Below, piece by piece: positions 11,761 to 26,382 of a stretch of DNA of 64,000 nt. Source of the DNA: Lama guanicoe (taxonomy: Eukaryota). Within the stretch, counting starts at the first letter, position 1; every line of letters begins with the position of its first letter. Below the pieces are notes generated by a model, which saw nothing but the letters and a program-made list of their open reading frames with translations, did no database searches and was not told the origin of the DNA. The DNA is taken from positions 15,218,851 through 15,282,850 of the forward strand of contig MU056000.1 of NCBI GenBank assembly GCA_013239625.1, in the 5' to 3' direction. The translations under genes and the position numbers were made by a program.

Positions 11761-14299
11761 GTAGGAATGGAATCATAGTTACTGGACAAATATTCTCTTC
11801 CTGTCACTTTTATCACTTTGTTGGTGGGGTAATTTGTGGACCAAAATTTTTAATGATAAACTTGAACAATTTATTAAATGTTCTGTTGGTTCTTTCTTGA
11901 GTGTTTTTAAAGGAATATGTTCCTACCTTGAGTCCATATAGTCTTCTATTATACATTTAAAATGTCAGTAAGTTTTGGTTTTTTATAAGGTCACTTTTAA
12001 TTTATCAGGAATTATTTGTATAATTTTAATCATCTTCCATTATTAGATTAAAAAATATGGCTTTTCCAAAATTTAGCATTACTAAAATAGACAAATAACC
12101 TTAGTTTTTCAATTCAAAAGTGTGAACTATGAACTGCTTCCGATAATCATCTAGAAACTTTATACTGTGATTCAGTTTAAAAAAAGAGAGACAGACAACC
12201 CAGCCCACAAATCACTTTAGACATTGTTTCTCCCTTTCTCCTGCAGTTACTTTCCCAGGTTTGCCTTTGTCTTTCTCCTCCCCCTTCTCCCATCTTCTTT
12301 CTCTTCCACTTTCCTTCCCTCCTACATGCCACACATGTTTATTGAACGTTTCTGACTGTCAGGCATTGTCTCTATGCATCATATACAAATATAATCCTAG
12401 ACACCCACCTTTGGTCTGTTAGGACACTGACCTTCAAATAAATGATTGCAGCATAATGTGAATATTGTTCTGTGTAATTTGTCCTACTTCACTGTTTATT
12501 TTTCATTCATTAGCTTGCTTTTGACTAGGAAGGTTTGTGATGTCACTTTTGTAAGCTTTACTTGTATAGAGTTTATACCTAAGAATGGATAAAATATTTA
12601 GCATTAGTTACGTGTAGTGCTTCATTTTTAAACCTGAAGGAAAGCCTATTTCCCCTTGAAATTTTTCCCCCATCTTTCCTGGGTAAAATAAATTAGACTG
12701 AATCTGTTCCTTTATTATACACAACCTATAATGCACAAATAAAAGCCTGCTAGTCCAGGCAATAATTATGTCAGAGTACATTTGGTTTCATTTTATTATG
12801 GAATGCCAACATCCCACTAAAAACCAAATCCTGTATTTCAAAAGGTTAAATAGGATGATATTTAAATAGCATCCTAGCAGGTTCAATTTAGAATGCAGAA
12901 TATATTCAATAGAAGACCAATGTCTAGCTCTGCTGAATTGTACTTAAAAAGAAATTAGACACATTTTCAGTCACTTTAAGTTCATAAATTGCTATACCAT
13001 TGCAATTTGTGAATTTTCACAGAACTGTTTCATTAAAATGTTTTTAAAAGGAAGAATGATAATAGAATTCTACACAAGCATTAAAATGAAACAATATGGT
13101 AGTATAATGGCATGAAAAATGTTAAATAAGAAAGTAAGTTTTAAAGTAGTAACTATAGGATGAACATATAAGCAGATGGTTAGACGTGAATGCATACTTC
13201 CAGTTTGCAGATACAAATAAAGTTACATTAAAAGAAATATTCAGATTTCATTGGCTTTTTCTGCCACTTGCATAATGTGTAAACTCATCTTTCACCTCTT
13301 ATCAAGTGGCTCATGAGAATTTTTCTAGTGTCTTCTATAATTGACATCTATGTTGAGGCTGCTTCTTGGAATAGTTCTCAATATTGACTTTACACTCAAG
13401 TTCATGAGTCCATGTGGAAAATGATAATATACAACCTGTGTTGTACTGTTCCCAGCGCTCTCTCTCAATGCTTTGTAAAACATCTCACATAAATACTAGT
13501 ACTGCTGACATAGCAACTCATCTTCCATGCTAATAAATGTTTAAAATTTTAAGTTCAGAAAGAAATCTTGCTTCCCTGTAAGTTTATTAATAGGGAGCAG
13601 TTGAAGAAACATACAGCAAGATATGAATAGCATTTGCATTTATTTCTGAGTACTAATTATTATAAATTATCCATCTTTACTTTTGTTTTTTACATTTTCT
13701 ACAATGAATATATATTTTTAAAGAAAAGCGTAACAATAAAATCAATTTATGAATTTAAAGTGCATAAAAATCAGCGATACCTAATGATAAAATGATACTT
13801 CTTTTTCAGTTTATTGAGCATTAGCCAAAGATCTATGGCACTTGCTCAAATTCTAATAATGATAGAGAACAAAAAAGAATGTAAATAAAATCAATCCCTT
13901 ATTTTTTAAGTTAAGCATTTTAACATTCAATAGTTCACTAACCTGCTGTTTGAATTATATAAGTCTACTATTTTAAGGAATAGCTTTTTATGAAAATTTA
14001 AATTGTTCAGCTTTTTGTATTAATAAGAGAAAAGATAATCTGTTAATATATGTGTTTTCATGTGGATCAAGGGATAGAAACATATTACCAAATGCAACTA
14101 CCATAAAGTAAGATGAGTGTTATGACTGAATGTCATTAAGGGAACATAGAAAAGGGCTTAATTAGTTTGAGGCTCTAGAAAGGTCTCCTAAGAAAATAAA
14201 ATTAAACTGAGATCTAAAATGCAAAAACGAGCTAGTCTGGACTAGAGAGAAAGGAAGAGAAAATGATACCATTATGTTAACTAAAGAAAAAAATACTAA

Positions 14300-14460
14300 A
14301 AGGAGAAAATATTCTTTTTATATGCGTTTATTTGTATAAATACATTATATGTAACTTTATATATTATACATAATTATGTGTTATATAGTTATATATTATA
14401 TATTAAACATATATTATGTACATAAAATTCTTTGTGTATATAAAATATATAAAGAAACAT
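14300..14460. repeat. AT-rich low-complexity tract
   Basis: Degenerate (TA)-rich sequence read directly. Confidence 0.7.
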
Positions 14461-17400
14461 ACTCCACTGAAACAGAGGGTTGAAAGAATTTCCTGAAAGG
14501 AATACACTACTCATAACTGAGGACATCTCACTAACTTTATTCAACTAATATTCGATAAGTTACATGTGCCGTGTGCCTTTGCAAGGTAGTATCATAGTTC
14601 TGTTGTTTATAGTTTCATAGTATATTTCTATTTCTTGCCTAATTGCCTTAAGACATGTACTATATATTTAAACTCTATTTAAGGAGGTGCTTGTGTGTGT
14701 GGTGTGTTGTATGGATACGTTATCAGTTCAGTAGGAAGGCTTTCTTGCTTATTTCTTCACTCTTTGTTTCTTTACATTCTTTATTGTGTGAGTAAATATT
14801 TCTTCCCTGAAAAATATATTATCTGTGCCTAATGTGTCATTTATTTCTCTATGTTTAACAATGCTAAACAGCATAGTGTTTAAGGCAAAGTGATCCTAGT
14901 TCCTATTGTTTCCATTTTGTAATAAGGCAAAATTAAGTAAAGATTAGCCAAAGAAAGATTATTTACAATTACCCAGTAACTCCTGCCAACTGACAAAGTG
15001 TTTACAAACAAACTCTGGAGGTGGAGCTAACCACTCATCACTAGTCCTGCATTGTCAGGAAACCAGTGGAACTTAGTCTTAGTTTTGCATTCTCCTGATT
15101 CAAAACTACTGGAGGCAAATTTATCCTGATAATAGGAAAGATGGAAATTGACATGGGAGATGATATTTCTAGAAAGGTTTCTCTGTGAATGATGAAACAA
15201 AAACAAGTCATCCGTTTCAATTGCCTGAAAATACCTCTGTTTACTAAAGAACGCTACAAACCCAAAGGAATGAAACTATATGTAAACAGCTTTATTTAAA
15301 TTTTTTTAAATGGCATGTTGTTAAATTTTTTAAATTAATATAGTACTTCCCCAATGCAGGATGTATCAACTCTTTAAAACATTAGGGATGCATTTAATGT
15401 ACTGAAGAATTTAACTTAATAGGACCCTAGGAGCCTGTAAGCAACTTACTCAGTGGGGGAATCTGGCTCATTAATTTCAGTGATGCAGCACCCAAAGGTA
15501 TTGAATTTTAAATGAATTCACGAACCTAATAAATCATCCTGGCTGTCAAGTAAAATATAATTTGTGAAAAATTTATTACCCATGATTATCATGTATTAAT
15601 CATAAGGTTTAAAATCCAAGCAAATGTTATACTCCTAGTTGGATAAATACTCTAGATTGCAAGGAGTATTAAATGTATTTTGACATCAGGCTAGTGTATA
15701 TTTCTAATGAACATCGTCTTAGACTTTGATGGCTCATCCTTTTCTTGTCAAAGTACTGAACCCATCTGTAATAATGTCACATATATCCTTGTGCTTTGAC
15801 TTCTAAATCCATTTATTCATCTTTCTCTGAATGGCCATATATCACCTATGTTTGAACCAATGTCCTCAGTGTCATTTTGGAGGTGATGACAAATAACATA
15901 GATTCTGCGGAAAGGGTTTGTGGTTGCAAAAATCACCCCAAAGCCTCTAATACCAGCTTTATGGTTTATGGTTGCCTTTTATTGCATCCATACCACTCAA
16001 TGAAATATTCTGTCTTGCCCAAGATAGGTTGTTCCCACATTTGAAAGCAGACTTTATCTATGTCTTCATGCATTTTCATGCATGTCAACATTCACAAAAA
16101 TTGAACCCTAATTTCTTGGACTTATTGTCAACTCAGTGGCCTCATAGAATACATCAAGCAACCATTCTTCCTATTGAAATCTGGATTTGATTGGTACAAA
16201 TATTTGTATTTGACTGTATTTGAAAATACTGTATTTGATTGGGGTCCTGGTATAGAGGAACAACTGTACTTTGAAAGTCATATACATAAAAGCTGCTTCA
16301 TAAATATTTGTCCTCTGCTCTTTTTTTCATAAACACAGATGTTTTAAACTACTGTCTTCCTATTTGGCTAAGTTACTATGAAATGGAACTAAAATGAACC
16401 TAAAAATTTCACCAAAAGTTACATATTTTTGTAAACTAATTATTTATTTTATAAAATCAACACTGAAAGTTGTTTTTCTAGTTTAGCTATGTTCTTATAT
16501 TAACATATGTTATTTATTTTAGAGTTCATAACAGCTTTCCACAGATACTATTAAAAAAGGACTTGAATTAATATACTAGTCTCATATGATCATTTCATAA
16601 AATGTTAGAGATGTATGGTAGATTTTCACTGGATTTTTATAATGCATATTTAAAGCTAACATTTACCCATTTAACAACAATGGATTAGAGGCTATGAATG
16701 ACTGTCTGAAAGCCAGGAAAACTTTAACAATATTAAGGAACTGTTTGATAATAATAATTTATTCAGTTCATCTGCTTATCATATAAAATAAATAACATGG
16801 ATCAAAGTGATTTCTGTAAATTGATTAGCTCTCTATAGAGTATTAATGATACTTTGCTAGGCTAAGATTATCGTCTGTAATACAAAAATACTCCATAAAG
16901 TCCATATATTTAAAATGATTTTGAGCTAAGATCACATCACACTAAATATTTAATATATTTTAATTTTTTTCCAATAATACTAAAAGCATGAATGAAATAT
17001 CATCTACACTGTTCACTGAAGGGAAGTATATATGCAATTACTTTATGTAATTTAACTTTAAATATATTTGAAATGTACATTCTTAGTACAAATCCTAAAA
17101 CCTTAAGAAGACTTTAGTTAACTACATAATTTAGGAAATTTATTATTAAATGTATCACATGTTTGTGAATATTTTATGGTTGATATTAGCCAGCATAATT
17201 TTTAAAAAGATATGTTTTGCCACAGATATTAATAAAAATATATTTTACTATCAAATGTATTGTAAAAGAAAACTGATTACTTGCAAGTCTCTGATCTAAA
17301 ATTTTGATTCAAAACTTTGAAGTTATCTATGATTTTTATGAGCTTTCACCATTTGAATGAGCAATTAATTTGCAAATAATTTTTTAAGTCGTCAAGTTTA

Positions 17401-17754
17401 TCTAAGTTCCTTGTAGCTTCTAAGTTTCCTGTGCTTTGCTCAATCCCTCTATTTCCACCCACCATCCACTTTAAGAAAATCATTCCTTTTATGCTGTACC
17501 TGTTGCTTCAAGGGATATATTAATGAGTTGTAAGGCAAATGACTTGTACTACCAGCCATTCCAAGAAACTGATCTTCGCCAGTGACATCAGAAGCTCCTA
17601 AGTGCTCACCCCATCTCAACTCTCTTCTTCCCTCCAAAATGATCAATTTACCTAAACTTTGTAAGAATATATTTTTTGCATTTCTTTATGTTTTTATTTC
17701 CTAAATAACCATGCCCAAGTATTTTAGTTCAGTCCATTTATTTTTTAATTAATT

Positions 17755-19965
17755 TAAATTTATTTTAAATAAATAATAATTTTTAGAGTAGTTTTAGGCT
17801 CATAGCAAAATTGATGGGAAAGTACAAAGATTTCCCATATATCCCCTGCCTCCACATATGTATAACCTCCTCCGTTATCAACAGCACCGACCAGAATGCT
17901 ATATTTGTTGCAATAGGTGATCCTGTAATGGCACATCATGATCACCCAAAGTTCATAGTTTACATTAGGTTTCACTTATGGTGTTGTACATTCTATGGGT
18001 TTGGACAAAGATAATGACATGTATCCATCATTATGTTATCATGCAGAGTATTTGCACTGCCTTAAATATACTCTGTGACTCCTATTCATAGCATCCACCA
18101 GATGCCACCATAATCCCCATCAACCACAGATCTCTTTACTGTCTTTGTAGTTTTGACATTTTCACAATTTCTAACAGTTGGAATCAGGCTTCTTTCATTT
18201 AGTCATGTATATTTAAGTTTCCATGTCTCTTCATGGCTTGATAGCTCAGTTCTTTTTAGGGAAAAGTACTTTATTGTCTACTGTACCACAGTTTATTTAT
18301 CCATTCACCTACTAAAACCCAACTTAGTTCCTTCCAAGTTTTGGCAATTATGAATAAATCTGCTATAGACATCTGGGTACAGGTTTTGTGTGAACATAAG
18401 TTTTCCACTCCTTTGGGTAAATACTAGGGAGAGTGACTGATGGATCACATGGTAAGAATATTTTCCCTTAAACAACCAACAAACTGTCTTCCAAGGTGAC
18501 TGTGCCATTTTGCCTTCCCACCAGCAATGAATGAAAATTCCTACTGCTCCACACCTTCACCAGCATTTGGCATTGTTAGTGTTTCAGATTTTGGTTATTT
18601 TCATAAGTGTGTGATGGTAATCTCATTGTTTTGCCTTCCATTTCTCTGATGACATATGACATCTTTTCATATACTTATTTACCATCTGTATACTTCTTTG
18701 GTGAAGTGTCTGTTAAGATCTTTATCCTATTTTTTAATCAGGTTATTTGCTTTCCTACTGTTGAGTTTCAAATGTTCTTTGCATATTTTGGATTATAGTC
18801 ATTTACCTGATGTGTCTTTTGCAAATATTTATTCCAAGTCTGTGGCATGTCTTATCATTTTTTTGACATTGTCTTTCACAGATGTTGGAGGATGGAGGGA
18901 GCAAACAATGTCCCACTCAGAGAAGGCATCTGAGACAGAGATATGAGGCACGCAGCTCCATATAAATGGATCAGTTTATTACAAGGTAAATTACTCACAG
19001 GGTGGGATCAGGATTGGGCAGACAACAATCTGGAAACATGCACAGCTGCAGTGCAGGTATTGCCGAGCTGCCGTGGGGACAATTTTATAGTTAAACTAGA
19101 ACATGGGAGTAGGTGCTTAAAAATAAGGTGCGCATTCCTAAGATTCATGAATGAGTAACTAGTCTCCTGGGTGCTGGGAATAAACCAACAAAGGTTTTCA
19201 CCATTGGTTGGGGAATAACAGAGCATAGAGGCCACCTGATCCTAATGATTATTTTTTAAAAATCTATTAACTACAAAATCCTTGATGACAGAGAAGTGAC
19301 TTACTGCACAGTACACTCTTGGGTGGGGTAAGTGGAAGGACAGGATAAACTAAGAGCCCAACATGGAGTCAGTTACACTAACAATCATACATCAGGAGAG
19401 AAGTTTTGTTTTTTTTTTTAAATGTAATAAAGTTCATTGTATCAGTTATTTCTTTCATGGATCTGCTTTTGATGTTGTATCTAAGAGGTCATTGCTTACC
19501 CGAGTTCATCTAGGTTTTCTCCTGTATTCTCTTCTAGGAATTGTGTAGTTTTGTATTTTATATTTATGTCTATGATCCATTTTGAGCTAAATTTTGTGAA
19601 AGATGTAAGGTCTGTGACTAGGTTCATTTGTTTGTATGTGGATGTCCAATTATTCCAGCACCATTTGTTGAAAAAATTATCTTTGTTCCATTACATTGCC
19701 TTTACTCCTTTGTCAAAGATCAGTGGACTATATTTATGTGGATCTATTTCTGCATTCTGTATTCTGTTGCATTGACCTATGTTCCTATTCACTTGCCAAT
19801 ACACACTGTCTTGATTACTGTAGCTTTATAGTAAGTCTTAAAGTTGGGACGTGTACATTCTCCCTTCATTCTTCTCTTTCAATATTGCTTTGGTTATACT
19901 AAGTCATTTGCCTCTCCATATAAACTTTAGAATCATTTTGCACATATCCATAAAGCAACTTCTTG
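17755..19965 (-). mobile_element. L1MC1-like LINE (3' UTR plus ORF2 3' part), interrupted by an LTR
   Basis: The 3' UTR hallmark CCCAAAGTTCATAGTTTACATTAGG...GGTGTTGTACATTCTATGGGTTTGGACAAA is present, followed by continuous antisense ORF2-type sequence to ~19965. Confidence 0.85.
18883..19391 (-). mobile_element. Solo LTR inserted in the L1MC1-like element
   Basis: It interrupts the L1 at TCTTTCACAGA|...|GAGAAGTTTT and has TG...CA termini. The minus strand has AATAAA (~18975), CTATAAAA (~19085) and a U3 start with GACTCCATGTTG. The TSD is imperfect. Confidence 0.75.
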
Positions 19966-19974
19966 GGGTGGTCC

Positions 19975-22970
19975 ATTTTTAAAATCTTAAATCTTAGATT
20001 TCTTGCTCCACTTATTTTTCTTAATTCTTTTTCCTGTTGAAGAATATGGTATCTTTTGACCAATAGATTTTTCTGTGGGTTTGACTTTGTTGATTGCATA
20101 TTCATGGCGAAATTCAATATGTTCTTCTGTCCTAAATATTTCCTGCAAATTGACACCCAGATTCAGAGTTTTAATTAGACACTTGTTTAATTTTCTTGGT
20201 AAAGCCTATACATAGTGTTGTGTGATTTCATTAGGAAAAACATGATGTCTGTTCTTTCTTTTTCTTTTTTTCTTTCTGTACGTTCATACGTTACCTATTT
20301 ATACATTGGCTACGTCTGCTTGTTGATTGAGGATTGCAAAATGTTGATGTTCTACGTATCTTTTCCTTTTAATTTGTTAGTTGAATTTTTTTTTCTAACA
20401 GACACTTCTTCACTTCTAGAATTTGACTATGTGATGATATAGTTCATCTAGATAATATAAAATCAATGCTTCTCTCTTTCTCTTTCTTTTTCCAATTCTA
20501 AAGATAATGGATCAATATAATTTTCAAAACTAAAATAATGAGTTTTTAGATTATATAATTATTAACTTATAGATTTATATATATTTAATAAATTATTATT
20601 ATTTTTATAACTCAAATTGTCTCAGTTTGGACAATGAGTCAAACAATTTGGCTTATAAATACTTTTAACACAGCCCTAGTGTTTTTGTTCTTTTTTTTTA
20701 GTATCTTCTCCATCATTTGGATAGCAAGATATTTCTATTTCACTTCATGTTTTTTTCCTGTTCCACATGTATTTTCTTTTTCTTTTGGATCTGGTTTATT
20801 TTACAAGAATACGCATTTCAAGACTATGATTTAGTCACTGAGGGGACTCATTGCTGCTGGCTTCATTACTTTTAGACATTTTTAGTGAACAGAGCTATAA
20901 AAATGCAGCTATCCAAATTTCATGTATATATAGAGAGCCTTAAATGTTCTTTCAAAGGTAAAATTCCTCACGCAGTCATATTGATATCTCTAGTTTGAAT
21001 TCAGAACAACAGGACTTTTAGTTAATATTATTCAGACTGCATGTGTATCTCCTTTTTCTATACCGAGATCCCTGGTTTTCAAGCACACACGGGAATGACT
21101 ATATCATAATTAATACTTTACTTAATCCATGTTACCCATTTAACATTTCAGAACAGCATTAATAAAGCCAACACCACTACCTGCATAATTACTAAGAAAA
21201 GATTAACAAAATCGTATGTATTTTCCTTTTCCCCCATATATTTTGCAATCATTTGATTTCTACCCTGACTTCATAGATCATGCTGTTTACTTTCTCACTC
21301 TTAAATTTCATTTTGTCTTAGTTCTGTAAGTCATTGTATGTTTAAAACTTATCTCTGTAGTTATGCTGTTGTCTGAAGCTGCTCTTGAGTAGATACTTCA
21401 AAACAAGTTCAGGTAATACTTTCTGAGCATTGTTTGTTGATAATAATTAAACTCAGCATTTTTAATATCAGTTTTGCTGTATACAAATTTCTTTGCTTAT
21501 ATTTTTCCTTGATATACTAATTGGTATTGTTCCATGTTATCATTTTGAAAGTAATGCTTTTAAAATGTCAGAGAGTAACCTATTTTTTGATGGTTTTGCT
21601 TAGATATCCAGGGTTTTTTTTTTAATTTAAAGTACAGTTAAAATTAGAACATGCATCAGAACTGTTCATGCTGATTTTGTATTCTCATAGTATATGAATG
21701 CTTTTTCAATAATTCAATGTTTATTATTACTTATAATTTTGAAAAATCAGGGACATTTTCTTAAGTTAGAGATTTTAGTATATATTCTACAACCTCATTT
21801 TCATCTCTTTTTAAAAGATATATATGAACTGAATGTTGAATCTTTGCCTATTGCTAATAGTTATTGTATTTCCATTTTTTTTTATTTTTAAATTTCTTTG
21901 AGTTTTTAAAACTCTTCCTTTTTTAACTTGTTTTTCCTAGGCACTATCTACTGCCTCTTGTGTTTATTCTCTCTTGTGTTCCTTCTGGTTCAGTGTTCAT
22001 CTCTGAAATTAATTTTTCTTATACTACTAATTATCTCTTGCATTTTTGTCAACTTATTTCTGAGTTTTTAAAATTCTGACTTTTGTTCTTTTGTGTTTTG
22101 TAGCATTTTTTAAATATGCTTTCTTTGCATTAAATGGAAAGCTCAGTTATCTGTCTGTGGACACAACTGTGACAAGTTGTCATTGTCTGTAGACATGTGA
22201 TTCTGCTTGTTATTGTCTTTTTTTTTTCTTATACCAACTTTTCTGTTGATCATTGTCATACAAAATCAGTTTACTTAAACTTGTTGAAGAATGTGTGGTT
22301 TATAATATTTTTCATAATTTCTAAAACTCCTATTTCTTTTCTAACATGTGATTGTGTGTGTGCACGTGTGTGTATACGTGTGCATGTGTGCTTAGTGTTT
22401 AAAATATGAAAGCTAGGTTTCTGGAGTCTTCTGGTAATGTTCTCTACTATCACTTTTATGTAGACCTTTTCTTTCTGTCCCTTCTACTATTCCTCATATT
22501 TTTAATCCACTTCCAGAAATTTCTTCTCCATTTAGGACCCTGTATTGAAGGGATCTCTGGAGGCTCATTTCCTAGAGTTCATAAGGACTCGTCCATTCAG
22601 ATCCCTCAAAATCACCATTGGACTTGCATTCAGCTTTGTTTAGAAAGCATAAAAACTCCATTTCAGCTGCTATCCCTAATTTGCTCCAAGACTTCCCAGT
22701 GAATTCCAAATGGCTGTTTTGGGGATCTCTTGTTGTAAACTTATCAACTGTCTCATTACTTTTTATACCTTTTCCCCACACAGAGTCTTGCAATATGCTG
22801 ATCTTTTGCTATTGATGATTTGTCCCCATCCACTTCTATTTTGGAATTTGTGGGGACATGCTGTTATCTAGTTGCACTGGAAAGTCTGTCATTTAGATCT
22901 TGCTTTCTGTTGCTATGTACTTGATCTTTTTTTAATGCAGAGATTCAAATATTAGTACCTATGATATTAC
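19975..22970 (-). mobile_element. HAL1-like or L1MC4/5-like ancient LINE-related element
   Basis: T-rich antisense sequence. 3'-UTR-like motifs (TCAAATTGTCTCAGTTTGG, CTCATTGCTGCTGG, GAACAGAGCTA) are directly followed by ORF1-like antisense sequence (~21380-22150), with no ORF2 between them. Confidence 0.5.
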
Positions 22971-23954
22971 TGTACTTATCTGATCAGAATTATTCATTTA
23001 ACATACATTATAATAATAAGCAAAGAAAGTGTACTATATTTCCATAGATACAGAAAAGCATGAACTAAATAATAACAAATACTGAACATTAACTTTATAT
23101 TATATTCAGTTGAAATTTTAATTTCTTTTTGTGTGTGTGATTAATAAACTAGTTTAAGATTATTATTAGATTTACCTCAATTCATCAAGATAGGATAGAT
23201 GGAATTTAAGAGATTATAGTTGTAGCATCACTGTCTTCAAGTAACTTAGAATATGAATAAATGGGGAGATGTTTACAGATACAGGTAAGTACAGTAATGA
23301 TATGTATGATACAGGAGCTAATTCCTTTATTTCTTTCAGCTGCTTACAAAATAGAGCCTCAATATTTTAGTCATTATTATCACGTAAATTTAGTTCCATT
23401 TAAAAATATTTCCTAGATTTCAAAATATATTTCCACTTATTGTGATTTCTAGAAGTTTTCTCGTCATATGCACCAAATAGGAAATATACTTTTTCTCATT
23501 CAAACTGCCCTATATCAGATCAGTGAACTACATCAGGCCCTGTTCTGTACATAATTTCAAGCAACTCCTCTCTCCACTTGACTATGGTAAGAACCATATT
23601 TTTGCTATATATATTGATGATATAAGAATAAAAAAGAAACTAAGGTTTATAAAACATCAGCCCGGAGGTTATTCACATGTTATTTATATCCCTGGTTTTG
23701 CGTGGGTTGTCTGTTTCACAAATGGGAAGGATGGAGGCTATTGAACTTGGAGATAATGGTCATCATTTAAACTGATATCATGAAAAAAAAGAAAATTTTA
23801 GTTTTTAAGGTGTATTAAAGGGAAATAGAAAAATGATATAAAGTATTAAAGACACCATTGTGGGTAACAGTAATATTGGAAACTTATATTTTAAAATTCT
23901 CAGATATTTTTATATGAGAGGAAGGAAGAGTTCACCTGAATGCATCTTTCATAC

Positions 23955-24230
23955 ATTGTATAAATGTTTAAAGGATAGTTTCTGTGTGTCAGGCTCTCTA
24001 CTTGATACAGGGAATACTAAAATAATATGATAATCCCTGTCTTCAAAGGACTCATAGTCTAGCTGTGGAGACACAAAAGTAAATAAACAGCAATGTAATA
24101 TAAAAAATACAAAACTAGAAGAAGCACAAAGCGTAAAAGAGAAACCACCAGACACTTCCAGTGAATATAAGAAAATATAAATCTTCACAGAGGATGTGAA
24201 ACTTAAACATAAGTAGAATTTTATTCATTG
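23955..24230 (-). mobile_element. L2 3' fragment
   Basis: TGTGTCAGGCTCT...ATCCCTGTCTTCAAAGGACTCATAGTCTAG matches the L2 3' antisense motif. Confidence 0.6.
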
Positions 24231-24489
24231 ATTAATGGGGCACCAGGTCTAAACGATGGCTAACTTTGTAGCCCAACTTCTAGGTTAAAAGAAACATTCT
24301 CAAACCATCATCAGTCTGCCTGGAGCAAGAGTGAGAAATTGTGTTTCCATTGTATGGATTTGTGGATGAGACACAGAATTGTTGTGAAAGTTTGGAGGCA
24401 GATGCATACGGAGCATTCAAGAATAATCACGCAATGAAGGTTTCTTATGACCCCATAACAAATTGAAACTCTGTCCAGCAAGCAAAGAT

Positions 24490-24900
24490 CTACACCATTT
24501 ATTCCGCTGACAAATATTTATTGAATACCTGATTTGTGTCCTTCTAGGTCTTTGGTTTATACCAGAGAAGGAAAGACCAAGATCTGCATTCTCGTGGGTA
24601 TTTACATTTAAGGGTAAATATACAATAATCATTTAAAATAATAAATAAGTAAATATCTGACATACTAGGAGATGATAAATGAGACAAAAAAGAAAAATAT
24701 TTAGAACAGAGAAAGGGAGATAGGGAGTGGGCAAATGAAATCTGGACTTGGTGGCAGTATTAAGTACGATTGGTCAAACTTAAAAGGTAAAATTCGAGCA
24801 AAGATTTAAAGAAGGTAAAAGAAGCTTGGCAAACTGATATCCCATCATTTTGGGCAGAGAGAACAGCTAGGAGAATATGGCTTGAATGAACCCTGGCAAG
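24490..24900 (-). mobile_element. L2 3' fragment
   Basis: CATTTATTC...ACAAATATTTATTGAATACCT is an L2 tail, followed by degenerate L2 body. Confidence 0.65.
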
Positions 24901-25606
24901 AGGTGAAACAAATGCTGTCTAATGAAATATTTATGGTAGATATCACATCATGGTTCAAAGTGTACACAAATACATGATTAACTGATTCCTTTCATGTACT
25001 TTATGTTTAGCAATGAACACATTTTCTCCCACAAAGAAAGGGATATACATTGAAAGATAACGTTTTGAAGACTTGCTTACCAAGCATTTACTATCAAATT
25101 CAAACTCTGCTTATTCTATTGTGCAGCATGATAAAATTTGGAATAGATCTGTGCAAGATGGTCACTTCAAAACAAATGTCTGAAGGATATGTGTATCTTT
25201 ACACAGGGTGGAAAGATATGCAAATGTCTTCTTTTTATCTCAATGTTTACATGGAATAGAAAGCTAAAACTAATACCTTCTTATCTGTGATCTGGTAATG
25301 CATTTCAGTTATCTTACACAGCATATGCCCTATGGATTGTTTTTGTTTTATAAACATGATAAGATTAAATTGTTATTTGAAGTGAAAGATTTGTGCTCCA
25401 TCAAGCAACATGTGGGTCTGTGATACGCCCCATTTGGAGAGCTCATGTTTCTTTACTTACATACATTTGTTATGATTCTTAGGCTACTATAAAGATCATG
25501 GTTGGTTAAATTTTTTGAAATAAATATCATTTCCATCATTCCCAACCACCAAAAGAAGAAAATCAAAAATAATGCAAATAAAATTTCATAACTTCTAATT
25601 AATATC

Positions 25607-26070
25607 TGTGGTGGAGACTTCTAGTTTCTACTAACATATCTATTTTCCATTACTTCCTTGTTAAGAGAAACCCAACACAAAGACTGAATATTATTCAGCT
25701 GTATCCAGAGCCAGCAAGTTGAAAGTCTGCATTTTTTGGCTTCCTTTGCTGACGATTATGTCCATATGACTACATTATGATGAGTAAGATGTTTCTCTAA
25801 AGGAGAGAGTGTGCCCTTCCAATCTTTTCTTCAAGATTGGCCTAGAACGCCAATGCCATGCCTGGAACTCCAGTTTCAATCCTGGTCCATGAAGGCAGAG
25901 TTTATCATCTGACAAGGAGAATGAACAGAGCTGGAAATTCTGAACAAAACTGATGCATGTTTGGAGCCTCCATACCTGCTACCTGCCCTAGATTGCCTTC
26001 TTACACGTGGCTTTTATGTGAAAGAATAAAATCTTGTGTGTAAAAATGTCTGTGACTCTATCTCAAAGCA
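25607..26070 (+). mobile_element. Old MLT1 (I/J-like) LTR
   Basis: TGTGGT start, the motifs CCTGGAACTCCAG...ATCCTGGTCCATGAAG, and ATGTGAAAGAATAAAA near the 3' end. Confidence 0.55.
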
Positions 26071-26382
26071 CAGTGTCTAAAAAAAATGGCATCTGAAAAA
26101 TGACGGTCTTGCAAACTTGAGAAATTGGCCATGGTGGTAACTTTTCTATTTGTAAATCTCAACTCTCTTAATCTCCAAGTTGCCTTTGTGTTTCTTGTTT
26201 AAAATGCCCCAGTACCCAATTAGGTATGGGAGCTCTGGTGAAATCACTGAGAAGCATTTATTTCCATTTCTGTGACACATTTCTATTTCTGTTATGAGGT
26301 GAGATTTCTCAGGACATTTTCTCCTTCACCCCAACTTCATTTCAGTTGGAGGAAGACCCTCAACACTCTCATGATCTGATAC

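Noticed and set aside
13200..13520. Possible Tigger-like DNA transposon fragment
   Set aside because: Only a vague resemblance, with no terminal inverted repeats or transposase motif that I could support.
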